A stretch of 47,454 nt of DNA, counting the filler, from Nemertoderma westbladi (Eukaryota > Animalia > Xenacoelomorpha): NCBI GenBank assembly GCA_032718475.1. It is 2 parts of 2 records of this genome, joined end to end, with 100 filler letters (N's around TTAATTAATTAA, not from the genome) between each part and the next. Parts side by side here need not be neighbours in the genome. Positions count along the whole stretch, not along the records: positions 1 to 30,502 come from JAUCBJ010005036.1; 1 more part is not named here. One strand, written 5' to 3'. Position 1 is the stretch's first letter. Each line of letters opens with the position of its first letter. This document shows positions 12,481 through 24,458 of this stretch, in pieces. The position numbers were made by a program, and so were the translations under genes. The notes beneath the pieces are model-generated. The model saw only the letters and a list, made by a program, of their open reading frames with translations, had not been told where the DNA came from and ran no database searches.

Positions 12481-14468
12481 TGACATTTCTGAGGTTAGTT
12501 TTCACTTTTAATGTATTCTGGTTAGTCTATCTATCGGTCTTTTTGACTATCCGACAATCTGTCCGTCAAATATAATAAAAAGCCATACCAGCTAAAGGTT
12601 TTGCTCTAGGGGTTTTCCTGATCAGAGAATTCATTTCGAGTGTCAGTTTTAACATTTGATGACTTCCAAATTGTCTGTATGGCTGTCAGTCTGTCGGGTA
12701 TCTTTTGGCGGAGAGACTGCCAGGCATACAGACAGGAACGGCGAGGATCAGATGAGGCCAAATTTGAATACTGACATCGACATCCGAAATGAAATCATGG
12801 ACCAAGAAAACCATATAGGAATTTTTTTAGACAGATAGTATGTTTTCTATTGTTTTGGAGAAATACTGACGGAAAGACCATCAGTCAAACGGATAGACAG
12901 CCATTTCTTGAGAAGTAAGACGTATCTTGCTAAACGGTTTTCATATTTGGAATCTTGATAAAATTATACTCCAGATGAAATATAAAAAAAATTTGAAAAA
13001 AAATTTGAAAGCCGTAACCCCCCCACCCCCCTTAATTTTTTTCAAATTTCAATTAAATGCTAAGAAATTTGGTACGGTGATAGTTCGAAAATTTTTTCGG
13101 ATTTTTTAATTTATGAGCTATTTCGATACAACAAGCCCTTAAAAATCGTATATTTCGCAATATTTAGCCATCTCCGTCGGCTTTACTTTTCGTCTTTGGA
13201 ATGAGATCTAGATATCATTAGATCCGCCTTCGTCTGCCTGCAGATTCTGAATCTTAAAACCGTTTTAAATTTCACCAATTAACTTCCGGAGTTATTATCA
13301 AAATTCAAATGTATACATTTTGACACGTAAATCAATATAAAATCTCATGTTTTTTATTTGTTGTTAGTCACTTTTTTTTTGTCAAATTCGTTAACAAGTT
13401 TGACAAAAAAATAAACTAAAATAATTATTTATTCATGGGAAACAAAAGTAGAACCTGTTTTCACTATATTCTCGAGGCATTTTATTTATACCGAGCGTCA
13501 GCGAGGTTAATAAAGGTTTGAGTCTAGAGAATATTGAAAAATAAATATTCTGCGATTTTTCCCATGTAAAACGTAATTTTATTCTTAAATTAAATTGGTA
13601 CTTTTTTATTGCTCAATTCTTTAATAAAATATAAAGCGATATAGTGTTACAAAATAAATTGAACTGCAGTATTTTGCTATATTGCGTCCATAGTTACTGC
13701 GATTCAAATTGTTATTTTTTTATCTGACTTACCGACGGATTCGGATTGAAGTTCTTTAATACAAATTTCGAGATGGCTAATCAATAGTCAATAACAAGTT
13801 ATTATTGTTAATGATTAACAGCAATAATAATACCAATATATCCCAACCTAAAACTCAAATAATCCTACAACTTTCTGTACCGAAATAAATCAGTTATAAT
13901 AAACAAAAAGTAATAAACTATTTAGGTAAATTTTGGAATATTTGACAAACTAAAACAAAAGTCAATAGAACATACATTTTATTTTAGAGAGTAATCAGCT
14001 GTTAGAGAGGGAGTCCCTCCTATCTGTATTTCCTAGAATAGCTTCGATAACGGTTTCCCTAGAAACCGTACTGTTGTGGAACAACCTATATTGTTTATTG
14101 GCCCCAACCAATAAAGTTGCATTCTTCTTTCACTGTATAACATTGCGCATTATGCAGTACATTACGTACGGTACTCGAACTGTATCATAAAGTGCTATAT
14201 TATTAGCCACGTAGTAAGTAGTTACTATCAATTTTACTAATCAAACTTATTGTTAAGTCTTGAGCAACAAAATATCATCGACTGATGATCGGTTGCGAAG
14301 CCATTGATTGCTCTCTGGGGTTATCTTATCATACATGAACGCGACAGATGTGACATTCTTGAAACCAAAAATGGAAATATCTTGAAATAAAAAATATAAA
14401 AAAACAAATTAAATTGTTAATTATATGAATATGATGCGACGTATTAACATTAACTTATATTCCCGTAG

Positions 14469-15255
14469 GAAAGCCGCCCTGGACTTCGTCCACGCTCACG
14501 GCGTCGATACCCTCCTCAGTATCCGAAGACCCTCCGTCGCATCCACCTTCGTCTCCCTTTGTCTCTACTACCTCTCCTACAACGACGACGTCATGGAGCT
14601 CATCATATCGATGGCGCCGGCCTCTCATCTCGAATCCATTGTCTCCTACGCGTTGTGGCTCGTCGAATGCTCCCACGAATCCGGGAAGTGCCACGCAACA
14701 TTCTTCTTCTTCATGATCTTCTCCTTCCCGTGCATGCTGGAGTTGTTCGACCAACACGACGGTCTCCGCAAGCTGCTCAACACCATCAACACTCTGAGTT
14801 TGTTCACCTCCCGGGACTTAGAGCAAGTGGAGTTGGTGCTGAACGACGACGAGGTTTACTCACAACGACAGGTCGTCCGACACAGTTGTCTCGCGTTACG
14901 CCGATACTTCGAGGCTCATCTCTTCCTCCGATACGCCGATGCGACCCAGAACCCCGTCGGTCCCTACAAACCGATGCAGCTGAGTAGGGAGACGACTCTC
15001 TCCCAGGTGGGCTCCATCCTGGAGTCGGGCTCCCACAGGGCTACCTGGGCCCCCGTTCAGCAACTCGTGCGGTTGCAGGGCGTCGACCTGCTGCTCTACA
15101 TCATGGCCGTGGCCGTTCCCGAATGGAAGTCGTTCAACGGTCGTGGGGAACTAGTGAGGAACGTTCTCGATACGCTCTGCGTTCTCGTATGCCTCCCGAA
15201 GATGCAGTTAGCGTTAACTCACTCGGTTAAACTGAGTGCCAAAAACGCGGATAAG
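14469..15255 (+). CDS. DCAF1: DCAF1 coding exon 2 (armadillo-like region)
   Basis: Acceptor tcccgtag| gives in-frame H-R-KAALDFV. RPSVASTFVSLCLYYLSYN, WLVECSHESGKCHATFFF and LRRYFEAHL are conserved. Donor AAG|gtgggt at 15256 (phase 0). Confidence 0.93.
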
Positions 15256-15869
15256 GTGGGTGTTACTCATATTAATTACGTTGATGTTGATTTTGTTAGT
15301 GATAAAGCCGATGAAGGATGATTTTACTTATGGATGTTGATGTTAACTATAACATTGATATTGCTGATAGATTTGTAAATAATTTGCTGTTGTTGTCACT
15401 TATGATTAATGTTGATGGAATTAGTTGATGAACTTGGTGTTATGATCATCCTGGAAAAATTACAGATGGTTTTTAGTGGTTTTTATATTTCATTGTTAAA
15501 CTAAATTGTTGGAAGTTGGACATTTATATTGGCTACACTTATTTTTATTTACGCAAGTCGGGATGTATTCGCTACTTTCTGTCTTTATTTCTCTTAAGAT
15601 AAATTGATTTTACAAGTAAAAAAATAATAAAGATACAGATAAATATTAATTTCCTGAACCTTTTTTTTCTTTCAGTTTCTCATGGTAACTGTTACTTTCA
15701 GTTTCAGTTTGATATTCGATTATAAACGTGTAACCTTAATGACGTCCATTGTGCTATTCAAATGGATAAATTTAATATTACTTTATTTCCCTGATAGATA
15801 ATCTTTATTTATCCATTATGTTTACTTTATTTCACTGTTAATCATTGTTTATCCATTATGTTTCCCAAG

Positions 15870-18359
15870 GTACCCGGTATGAGTGTGATTCTCGGGCTGG
15901 CCGAAGGGAAACTTCTTTCGGACCCGGAATGCCAGAAATCCGCCCTCCACATCCTCATCCACATAACCTCGGTCTCCCATCGTCAGTGTAACATCGCCGG
16001 GGGTGCCAACGCTAAGGCACCAACCGGGCCCGGGACCCGGACCAGTAAAACCTGCGTGGACATAACCGAACACGTATGGAACTGTATCCGATCGAACAAC
16101 GGCATTAAAGTCCTCCTCCATCTCATCAACGTGCAGACCCCCCTCACCGAGGCCGACGCGATCCGCGCCTTGGCGTGTCGCGCTCTCTGCGGCGTCAGTC
16201 GGTGCGACAGAGTCAGACAGATTCTCTCCAAACTGCCGCTCTTCCACAGCGGGACGTTGCAGACGCTGATGCGTGACCCGGTGCTCCCGGAGAATCGATC
16301 GGATCATCTGCGATTCCGTCGCCACGCCGCCGATCTGTTCGCCCGGATCACCGGTAAACCGATCGGGGACGACCCCTCCATGGACGGGAATCTGGACCTC
16401 GACAAACTCGGCAAGGCGGAAGTCGCCGCCCACACGCGGGTCACCTTCGACGATAAGGAGTTCCTCTATCTCATCTACGAGGAATTAAACAGTCGCGGAT
16501 TCTCCGGGATCGCCCGACAGCTGTTCGCCTCGGCGGCGTTGCATTCGGTTGCGAGTCCCGCCTCGCAGGACGATGAATCATCGACGAACCGCCTCTCCCA
16601 GCCCTCCTCGGCTCCCCCGCCCCCACCCCAGTCCCCCGTTGTGGTGCACACCCAGGTAACGGTCGGCTTCCCCGGGACTCCGCTCGGGATCCGGAAGCTT
16701 CCGACCCGGAGCAACCCGTCCGGTACCTCGGAAGCCGCAGCCGATAGGAAAACCTTCAACTTCGTCAAGGATAAGTCGCAGGGCTACCCGAATCCGCCGA
16801 CGTTCCAGTTAGTTCCCCCGGAAACGGCGCGGAAACGGCGCGCCAATCTATCCGACATGGTGCGCTCCTACCTCGCGGAGCAGCACTCCCGTTGCAGACA
16901 CCCGGTGCGCGCGTGTCCCCCCTTCTCGCTGTTCGCGCAGCACAGTTGCCCCGAGCCCCGACGCCCGTTGCTACGCACCCCCGAGTCGGTGACTTCGCGG
17001 TTGTTATGGCGGAGTGTGGCCCCGCGGTTCGGGACCCCGCGTGGCCCCGCGTTGGACCGGAAACTCATCTACTCGCGGTACCACCCGGATGTGACTATCC
17101 GAGACGCTGACTCGGAGAACTACTTCTCCTCGTGTTTCTTCTCGCCTTGTAATCGTTTTATTTACGCAGGTAAATACAGCGGCGAAGTGAAAGTATTCAA
17201 CGCGACGACCGGCGCCGAGGAGGTCTCCTACAGCTGCCATCGCCATCTGGTAACGTGTTGCGTTCCTTCAGACGACTCCAGGTTGATGCTGACCTCCGCG
17301 TGGTGGGGTCGGCCGCTGGCGGCATTGTGGCGTCTCTCCGGGCCGCCCGAGGCCGGCAGCACGTGTACGCTGGCGCACGGGTTCACCGACGAGCCCTGCG
17401 TCTGTTGGAGCAACGCGCAGGACCGTGTGATCGCCACCAAGGTGTACGAAGCTCGCATCTACGATGTGTCCACCGGGCAGCGACTGTGCACGCTCTACGA
17501 CCCCGAGATGGCTTGCAACTACGCGAGGAACGTCGCTTTGTTCAACGTGACCGACGATTTAGTTCTCAACGACGGCGTTCTTTGGGACATCCGCGTTCCT
17601 TCCTCGATACACAAATTCGATAAGTTCAGTAAATTTGCGAGTAGTAACTTCCATCCGAACGATTTGGAGATAATTATCGGCTCCGAGGTTTGGGATATTC
17701 GTAATTATAAACTTCTCCGGACTGTTCCTTATCTTGTCGACGCCGCCACTATGTTCAACCGGAGCGGTGACGTCATGTTCGCGGCGCCTCAGAACCCGGA
17801 CTACAGCGACTACAGCGAGCATCGATTCGAGCCGGAGAGCCCGTTCGGTTCCTCGTTCCGGACGCTGGACGCGCGGGACTACTCGGCCATCGCGACTACC
17901 GACGTTAAGCGGAACATCTACGACCTCTGCTGCAGTTTCAACGACCTCAATCTCGCGTTGGTGGAGAACGTGGGTGTGGATCATACGTCGGAGGTTGACA
18001 GCGTGGTTCGGGTCTACCAGATTGGTCGGTCCCGGAAGGTGGAAGGCGAGGATGAAGCTGAGGATGAGAACCCAGACGGAGGTGGAAGGGACAGCGATCC
18101 CGATTACGATGAAGACGATGAGGATGATGATCTATTGAGTGGGTTCCTGGAGGGAAGCGACGACGGTTCCACAGAGGACGATGTCCCTGGGGACGCCGGC
18201 GATGATAATGATGAGGATATTGAAGAGCAAATGAACATGGACATTATGGATATTATCGATGGATTCGCTAACGTCGAATCTTCGGATGACAGTGAATATT
18301 CCGCTTCTGGTGATAGTAGCGAGTTTATGTCTGAGGACTCTGAATTTTCTTTAGATTAA
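15870..18359 (+). CDS. DCAF1: DCAF1 coding exon 3 (LisH, HLH, WD40, acidic tail); spliced protein ~1478 aa
   Basis: Acceptor tttcccaag| in phase 0. NNGIKVLL, ADAIRALACRALCG, LisH-like KEFLYLIYEELNSRGF, YLAEQHSRCRHPVRACPPFSL, LVLNDGVLWDIR, HKFDKF, SPFGSSFRT and a D/E-rich C-terminus. Confidence 0.95.
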   Translation, partial: VPGMSVILGLAEGKLLSDPECQKSALHILIHITSVSHRQCNIAGGANAKAPTGPGTRTSKTCVDITEHVWNCIRSNNGIKVLLHLINVQTPLTEADAIRALACRALCGVSRCDRVRQILSKLPLFHSGTLQTLMRDPVLPENRSDHLRFRRHAADLFARITGKPIGDDPSMDGNLDLDKLGKAEVAAHTRVTFDDKEFLYLIYEELNSRGFSGIARQLFASAALHSVASPASQDDESSTNRLSQPSSAPPPPPQSPVVVHTQVTVGFPGTPLGIRKLPTRSNPSGTSEAAADRKTFNFVKDKSQGYPNPPTFQLVPPETARKRRANLSDMVRSYLAEQHSRCRHPVRACPPFSLFAQHSCPEPRRPLLRTPESVTSRLLWRSVAPRFGTPRGPALDRKLIYSRYHPDVTIRDADSENYFSSCFFSPCNRFIYAGKYSGEVKVFNATTGAEEVSYSCHRHLVTCCVPSDDSRLMLTSAWWGRPLAALWRLSGPPEAGSTCTLAHGFTDEPCVCWSNAQDRVIATKVYEARIYDVSTGQRLCTLYDPEMACNYARNVALFNVTDDLVLNDGVLWDIRVPSSIHKFDKFSKFASSNFHPNDLEIIIGSEVWDIRNYKLLRTVPYLVDAATMFNRSGDVMFAAPQNPDYSDYSEHRFEPESPFGSSFRTLDARDYSAIATTDVKRNIYDLCCSFNDLNLALVENVGVDHTSEVDSVVRVYQIGRSRKVEGEDEAEDENPDGGGRDSDPDYDEDDEDDDLLSGFLEGSDDGSTEDDVPGDAGDDNDEDIEEQMNMDIMDIIDGFANVESSDDSEYSASGDSSEFMSEDSEFSLD

Positions 18360-19424
18360 TTAATTAATGGATTTGGGTTTTTTATAGTAAATTTATTAAA
18401 GTAACTAATGGGAGTTTTCAATTTATGTATTTTAGTGCTACTTATGCTGTATATTATGAAACAGAAGACGAATTTATTTTTATTTGATTCATTAACCTAC
18501 GCCACTGACCCATTTGGTTGATTTACCTTAACTCATCCTTTTATTTTGTTTAACAGGAACAAATAAAAAGTTGTTAATATAATATAAGTGACTGACTGGC
18601 AAAATTGCAGCTCAAATTAATAGCCTTTTTCTTCTAAAACGCCTATCAAAAAATAAGAATAAATTAATACAGTACATCGTAAGTAAAGTACCTCAATTGC
18701 TGTTTATTTCAAACGCTTAAAATACAATATTTATTTTTCTATACTGTAATTTTTTTGACGAAGTGGAGTTATCGTGTCTGCGAATTCCCATGATGATTAG
18801 ATGAGGTTTATTGGGCATCTATTTTGTCTAGAAGTTTGTCGAGGTAACCCAAGACCATATCGTCGTCTGATATGACTGTAGTTCGTGGCTCGTGAAACTC
18901 ATTCATTGCGTAATTAAGCCGCTGTTCTATCAGAGGCTTTTTGGATAACTTATTCAAATCTGCAAATAAGTAAACAAAGATACTTAGTGATAACTACAGT
19001 ACAACACTTCATATCGCAATTTCACTGATACGAACTGAAATTCTGCTGAACTGTAATCGAAGATAATTTTTTCATGATTTACGGTTTGGCTTGAATTTGA
19101 TAGTATTGGATATGATAGAATTATATTCTTTATATTCGATATAGAATTGGATATGGTGTTATTGAGAGTCAGAGTTGTTTTACGGAAACATTGGGGGTAT
19201 CTTAAATCTACAATTAGCTACTGACATCTCGGCGAATTAATATCTCCTCTCGGTTAATTAACTATGTTAATTATCTATTTGTATGGCAATCATCTATTAT
19301 TTGCGTCAAATAGGAATATCTATCCCCTGCAGATGGTTTCCTTTTCATTGCGTCAAGTGAGTCCCCCGTATCTGGTTTTATGATACAGACCTTGCAATAT
19401 GTTATTTTGTTCATAAATTTTTAG

Positions 19425-20300
19425 AAACTAAAATTAATCATTTTTTTCAACTAAATCTCTTCCACTAAAATTATTAATTCTTCCACTATTTTTATTTCAT
19501 TTTTTATTCACTAAATTTAATCATTCTCCGCTAAAATTAATCATTCATTCATATCTATATTTTATTGGTATTGGGATTCGAAGTGCGCTGGTACATGTTT
19601 TATTGGGTATAAAAGCTCACATCTAACCTGCTCCTTCCCCCCAATTGGTTACAACATAGTTTATTGTTTTGGTGAAAAATCGCAACTCTGTAACCTGCTC
19701 TTTTACCTCAATTGTTAACAACAGCGTTTGTTGTTTTGGTTAGATAACCTCACTTCTCTCACCTACTCATTTACCTCAATTGGTAACAACATTTGTTTAT
19801 TGTTTTGGTTAAAAAAGCCCACCTCTGTAACCGAACCTGCTCCTTTACCACAATTGTTAACAACATCGTTTATTGTTTTGGTTAGATAACCTCACTTCTC
19901 TAACCTGCTCATTTCCCTCAATTGCTAAAATCATTTGTTTATTGTTTTGGTTAGAAAACACACCACTGTAACCTGCGATTCTCTTTAAATTGGTAACTTA
20001 CATTTACCACATTAGTACAAAGTACTGTACTGTACTCTAATAGGCGTAGTACTACAACACACTACACGTGTGCACTACTGTACCAAACGGGGTACGGTAC
20101 ACTACCAAACAGTCAGATAAGGGGGAAAACTAATAAACATAGATACGAATTGATTTAATTTGGTGGAAAATGAATTAATTTTAGTTTAAGTGATTCATTT
20201 TAGTGAGAAGGCAAGTGATTAATTTTAGTGAAATAATTTAATATATACAGTAGTGATTATTGCATTAAATTTAGTTAAAATAATTTTTTTTAGTGATGGA
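19425..20300. repeat. Fold-back-like element: modular inverted arms enclosing a ~65-bp tandem repeat (about 6 copies, 19620-20000)
   Basis: actaaaattaatcatt modules at 19425-19545 mirrored by atta/gattaattttagt modules at 20150-20290. Internal unit aacctgctc...caattggtaacaacat...tttattgttttggtt; a related inverted copy lies at ~40310-40370. Confidence 0.6.
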
Positions 20301-20481
20301 AATATAAGTGCCATTATTAATTTAAATGTGTTACATTACCGGTATGCGAAGGTATTGTAATTCACCAATAAACAGTTTTCATCAATTTAAATTATACAGT
20401 ACCGGTTCATATTTGAAAGTGAAACAAAATGTAAAAACTACCGGTAAGTTTATTTCACCTCAAACGTGAGACCTGCAAAGG

Positions 20482-20616
20482 ATGGCATACGTAAGTAGTA
20501 GGCCTACCGTGGCCTACATGACATACGTAAGTAGGCCTACCGTGGCCTACATGACATACGTAAGTAGGCCTACCGTGGTCTACATGACATACGTAAGTAG
20601 GCCTACCGTGGTCTAC
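20482..20616. repeat. 33-bp tandem repeat, 4 copies
   Basis: Unit atgacatacgtaagtaggcctaccgtgg(c/t)ctac. Confidence 0.9.
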
Positions 20617-20653
20617 GGCCTAACATGTATAGTAGCGGATCTATACTGCTATT

Positions 20654-22263
20654 CTACTGGACACCCGTAGACTGCATACAATACGTACGTTCGCTGGGAT
20701 CGTAAGTTCCGCAACTCATCGTTCCTTTCTGTCCTATCGCTGCGAGCGCGCTCGTCACATCCTGGCTGTTGAACGTCTTGGCCCAGGAGTTATCGTGAAG
20801 GTCACTGACCCCGGCGTACGAGCCAGCCGCCGTGGTAGTTACCAACGAATCGTCGTAATAGAAATGACGTCGACCCGTCAGCTGCTGCATGTTCGGGTTG
20901 AACTCGGGCGATCTGTCGGAGATATCGTACTCTGTAGCCGGTTGCAGGTCGACGCCTTGGGGGTGGCGGCGACGCGGCGTGTCCGTCGTGAGTTGCCGCA
21001 GTTTAACTTCGCCGAATTCCGCCGGAGTCCGCTCGATGTCGCCCCTCAGTCTGGCCATCATTAGGACGTCGGTTATGAACCGAGACGGTAGGTCGTCGTC
21101 CTTGGGGATCAATCGGAACGCGTATACTACCATCTGATAGACGGCCAGCGTTTGGGTAGTTACTATAGCAATGAATATGGCGGCGTTCACATAGTCTTCA
21201 ACATCACGACATTCTTCCCCCACGAATAACACTTCGTAGGATTTATGTGAGAACCAGAAAGCCGTGAGAACGAACTCCGTAAAGCATTGTAACACAAACA
21301 TCCCCGCTATTATTTCCTTGTTGTTTCCCTTTTTCCCGAGGCGCCACACCAAATCTGGGGTAGTTAGGGAAGGCTTCTTAAATTTATAAATACATTCCAT
21401 AAAACTGTAAATCGTCTAGGTGTAGATATTTTTGGGAGGTTAATGTTTCCCTAATAGTGAATCTTCTGAGGAGATATTAATTATAATTAGAGATATTAAT
21501 TATAATTAGAGATATTAATTCGCCAAGGCGGGTTTTGCGTCAGTTCCCCCCCCCCCCCCCCCCCCGTCTCCTACAAATTATAGAGGAACTCAGACATCAG
21601 TATCATTTAATTTTTAATATATTAAATGTCACTTTTTTTTAATTCATTTTAATCAACTAGGCCTATATTTTGTTATTTTATCACACAACGCTTTATTGTA
21701 TTAAAGAAATATAATTGTCAAAATTATAATTTTATGTCGTTTTAACCGAAGCATTTCCATACACCAAACAAAAAAATTAAGGGTGTGGGGGCTCCTCAAG
21801 AAATCAACAGATAATTAATTACTTACAAAAAGGGAGCTTACAAATTTTATGAAATTTGCGAAATTTGTGTCACTGTGGGGGAAACTTTCTTTACAATTGT
21901 TTTAGTTTTTATAACCTATCCAATGAAATTTTTATAACCTATCCAATTAAATATCGTTTATGAAGGCTTCCCTATTGGTATGGTCCCAGTCTTGTACGAT
22001 ATGTAGTAGAGAAGGAGAAGAGTTCTTGTGTTTCTCTTCTCCACCTTGTCCTTTATAAGGTGCCATGCGGTATAGAATCCAAGGATTTTCGCGAGATACC
22101 AGACAACCAATAGAACCTGTAGTTCGGCGTACGAATGGACATACTCGTTGAGATGGAGGGCAGGTAGTAGTCCTGGCGGCCGCAGCAAAGCTAAACCCAA
22201 TAATAACAAATTAAAATTCACCGCAAATATCGTTAAAACCCGAGTTTTCTTGGATACTTCCAT
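20654..22263 (-). CDS. Probable 2-exon multi-pass membrane protein of unknown family (exons 22263-21998 and 21404-20654)
   Basis: Two same-strand ORFs with about four hydrophobic segments and a hydrophilic C-terminal tail. A phase-2 donor (TC|gtacaa, weak) and acceptor (tttacag|) join them in frame. Confidence 0.6.
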
Positions 22264-23114
22264 CGTTTCCCTTATTTCACCATCATTGCAAAATTTGCAA
22301 TTATTTTTTACTGATTATATTATTTCGAAATCCTTACGTATTTAAATTACATTGTAATGTAAAAATATTATAATAATGTACTGCATTGCATCGTAGATTA
22401 CTTACGAACAAGTAGGTGGGATTTTATATTGATATTACATTACAATGTGTATGTATGTATGAGTGTTATATTCTCGAATTATAATATTTACGGAGACCCA
22501 AAGAAATCCTATTGAATGTTATACTATTTCTATAGAAACCCCGACTAATTTTTTTACTATGTATTTTTTGTTTTTATTTTGACTTATTTTGATTTTTGAC
22601 GTGGAAATACATGCTAGTAGGCCTAGTCCGGCAGATATTGCACTACCTTGCAGGGGAGTATAGTATAGATAGTAAAGATAGTTTCGGGTTGGTAATAATA
22701 TTCTGTTGTCATCAATAATCTGACTGTTACCCAACTGGCATTTTTGAGGATTTTCATATAAGTGACCAAATTCTACTAGAACGCCATGCACCGTCTCCGA
22801 TTGCAGGCTTGGTTGTGTGGTTGGGTTGAGATGCTTGATTACCATTGAATCTTGATTATTGCGGTGTTCGCCCCACGTCAGGTCAATGTGATGTAAATTC
22901 AAATGTATAAACAAGATTGCCCAGCAGTGCGTTTGCGATCCCGAGATGAACATCAGGAAAGAAACAAAAAAAAATATTCCTAAATTTTGTATCGTTCTTT
23001 ATTTTGAGTTGCATTCTATCGTAAAGCAGTCGACCACACTGTCATCTGTCCACTTATCTGCTTATTACTCTACCCCCGTTAGGCCTGCCGATATCTAAGC
23101 AATAAGCTGAAGCT

Positions 23115-24458
23115 ATGGATTTTGAATACAAATCTAAACTCACCAATCGGAGACAGAAAGTTGAAGACATATTTACCTACGAGGGTTGCAAAGTTGGCCG
23201 GGGAACGTATGGCCACGTCTACAAAGCGCGACGGAAGGAAGACGGAAAAGAGTTCGCGCTGAAACAGATCGAAGGAACTGGTATCTCGATGTCGGCCTGT
23301 CGGGAGATTGCGTTGCTACGGGAACTCAAACACCCCAACGTCATCAGCCTCCAACGCGTCTTCCTTTCCCATCTGGACCGCCGAGTCTGGTTGCTATTCG
23401 ATTTCGCGGAACACGATCTTTGGCACATCATAAAGTTCCATCGTTCCTCCAAAGCCAACCGCAAGAACGTCCCCGTGCCGAGAAACATGGTTAAATCGCT
23501 TCTATTCCAGATCCTCTCCGGTATCAACTATATCCATTCCAACTGGGTTCTCCATCGAGATTTAAAACCCGCGAACATTTTGGTAATGGGTGAGGGCGCT
23601 GAGCGCGGGATGGTAAAGATCGCTGACATGGGATTCGCGCGACTTTTTAACTCCCCGATTAAACCGCTCGCCGACCTCGACCCGGTGGTGGTGACGTTCT
23701 GGTACCGCGCCCCCGAACTTCTTCTGGGCGCCCGTCACTACACCAAGGCCATCGACATCTGGGCCATCGGCTGTATCTTCGCGGAACTCTTAACATCCGA
23801 GCCGATCTTCCACTGCCGACAGGAAGACATAAAGACCTCCAACCCGTACCACCACGACCAACTCGACAGAATATTCTCAGTTATGGGTTTCCCTGCAGAA
23901 AAGGAATGGGAAGACATTCGCAAGATGCCTGAACATCCAACCTTACTGAAGGACTTTCATAGAAGTAATTACTCTCATTGCAGTCTCCTTAAGTACATGG
24001 ATAAACACAGACTGCGAACCGACACTAAACAGTTCGCATTGCTGCAAAGGATGTTGGTGATGGACCCGTTGAAGCGACTGACCTCGGAGGCGGCCTTGCA
24101 GGATGGTTACTTCGTGGAAGAACCCACTCCAACCGTAGACGTGTTTAACTCTATGGCCATCCCGTACCCAAAGCGAGAGTTTATAACGGACGAGGAGGGA
24201 GAAGATAAAACCGGTAGTTCGAAGATCGGGACGGGGGAACCGCCTAATAAACGGGTGCGGGTCGCTGCCCACAGCGGGGGTCCCCCGCCCGAGTTCCAGA
24301 AACCCTCGCAGCCGGGAGGCATTATCGGCGGGTTCTCTAGCGGCGCGGGAGGTCGGCTCACTCCAATGCACGGAGGCGGGGCCGCCAATCAGCAGCAGGT
24401 GCACCAGGGGAACGCCGCTATGTACCAGCAGAATCCGGGTAGTAGGGGAATATTCTAG
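23115..24458 (+). CDS. CDK8: Cyclin-dependent kinase 8 (Mediator kinase), single coding exon
   Basis: [19 protein letters not shown] helix, [18 protein letters not shown] in place of [36 protein letters not shown] and a Gly/Gln-rich tail. AATAAA at ~24523. Confidence 0.97.
   Translation: MDFEYKSKLTNRRQKVEDIFTYEGCKVGRGTYGHVYKARRKEDGKEFALKQIEGTGISMSACREIALLRELKHPNVISLQRVFLSHLDRRVWLLFDFAEHDLWHIIKFHRSSKANRKNVPVPRNMVKSLLFQILSGINYIHSNWVLHRDLKPANILVMGEGAERGMVKIADMGFARLFNSPIKPLADLDPVVVTFWYRAPELLLGARHYTKAIDIWAIGCIFAELLTSEPIFHCRQEDIKTSNPYHHDQLDRIFSVMGFPAEKEWEDIRKMPEHPTLLKDFHRSNYSHCSLLKYMDKHRLRTDTKQFALLQRMLVMDPLKRLTSEAALQDGYFVEEPTPTVDVFNSMAIPYPKREFITDEEGEDKTGSSKIGTGEPPNKRVRVAAHSGGPPPEFQKPSQPGGIIGGFSSGAGGRLTPMHGGGAANQQQVHQGNAAMYQQNPGSRGIF

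Noticed and set aside
15849-18138. Many overlapping or antisense ORFs within DCAF1 (likewise within CDK8 and the 471-aa ORF)
   Set aside because: Shadow ORFs expected in GC-rich coding sequence; no recognisable motifs.
18356-18367. Same 12-mer at the DCAF1 stop suggesting an artificial join
   Set aside because: No flanking Ns, the protein ends at the expected length after the acidic tail, and an AT-rich UTR follows.
18867-18900. Additional hammerhead (ctgatatga...gaaac)
   Set aside because: Core spacing is wrong and there is no convincing stem II or stem I.
22519-22953. 144-aa minus-strand ORF upstream of CDK8
   Set aside because: No recognisable motif or coding-like composition; more likely promoter/UTR sequence, although a UTR exon cannot be excluded.
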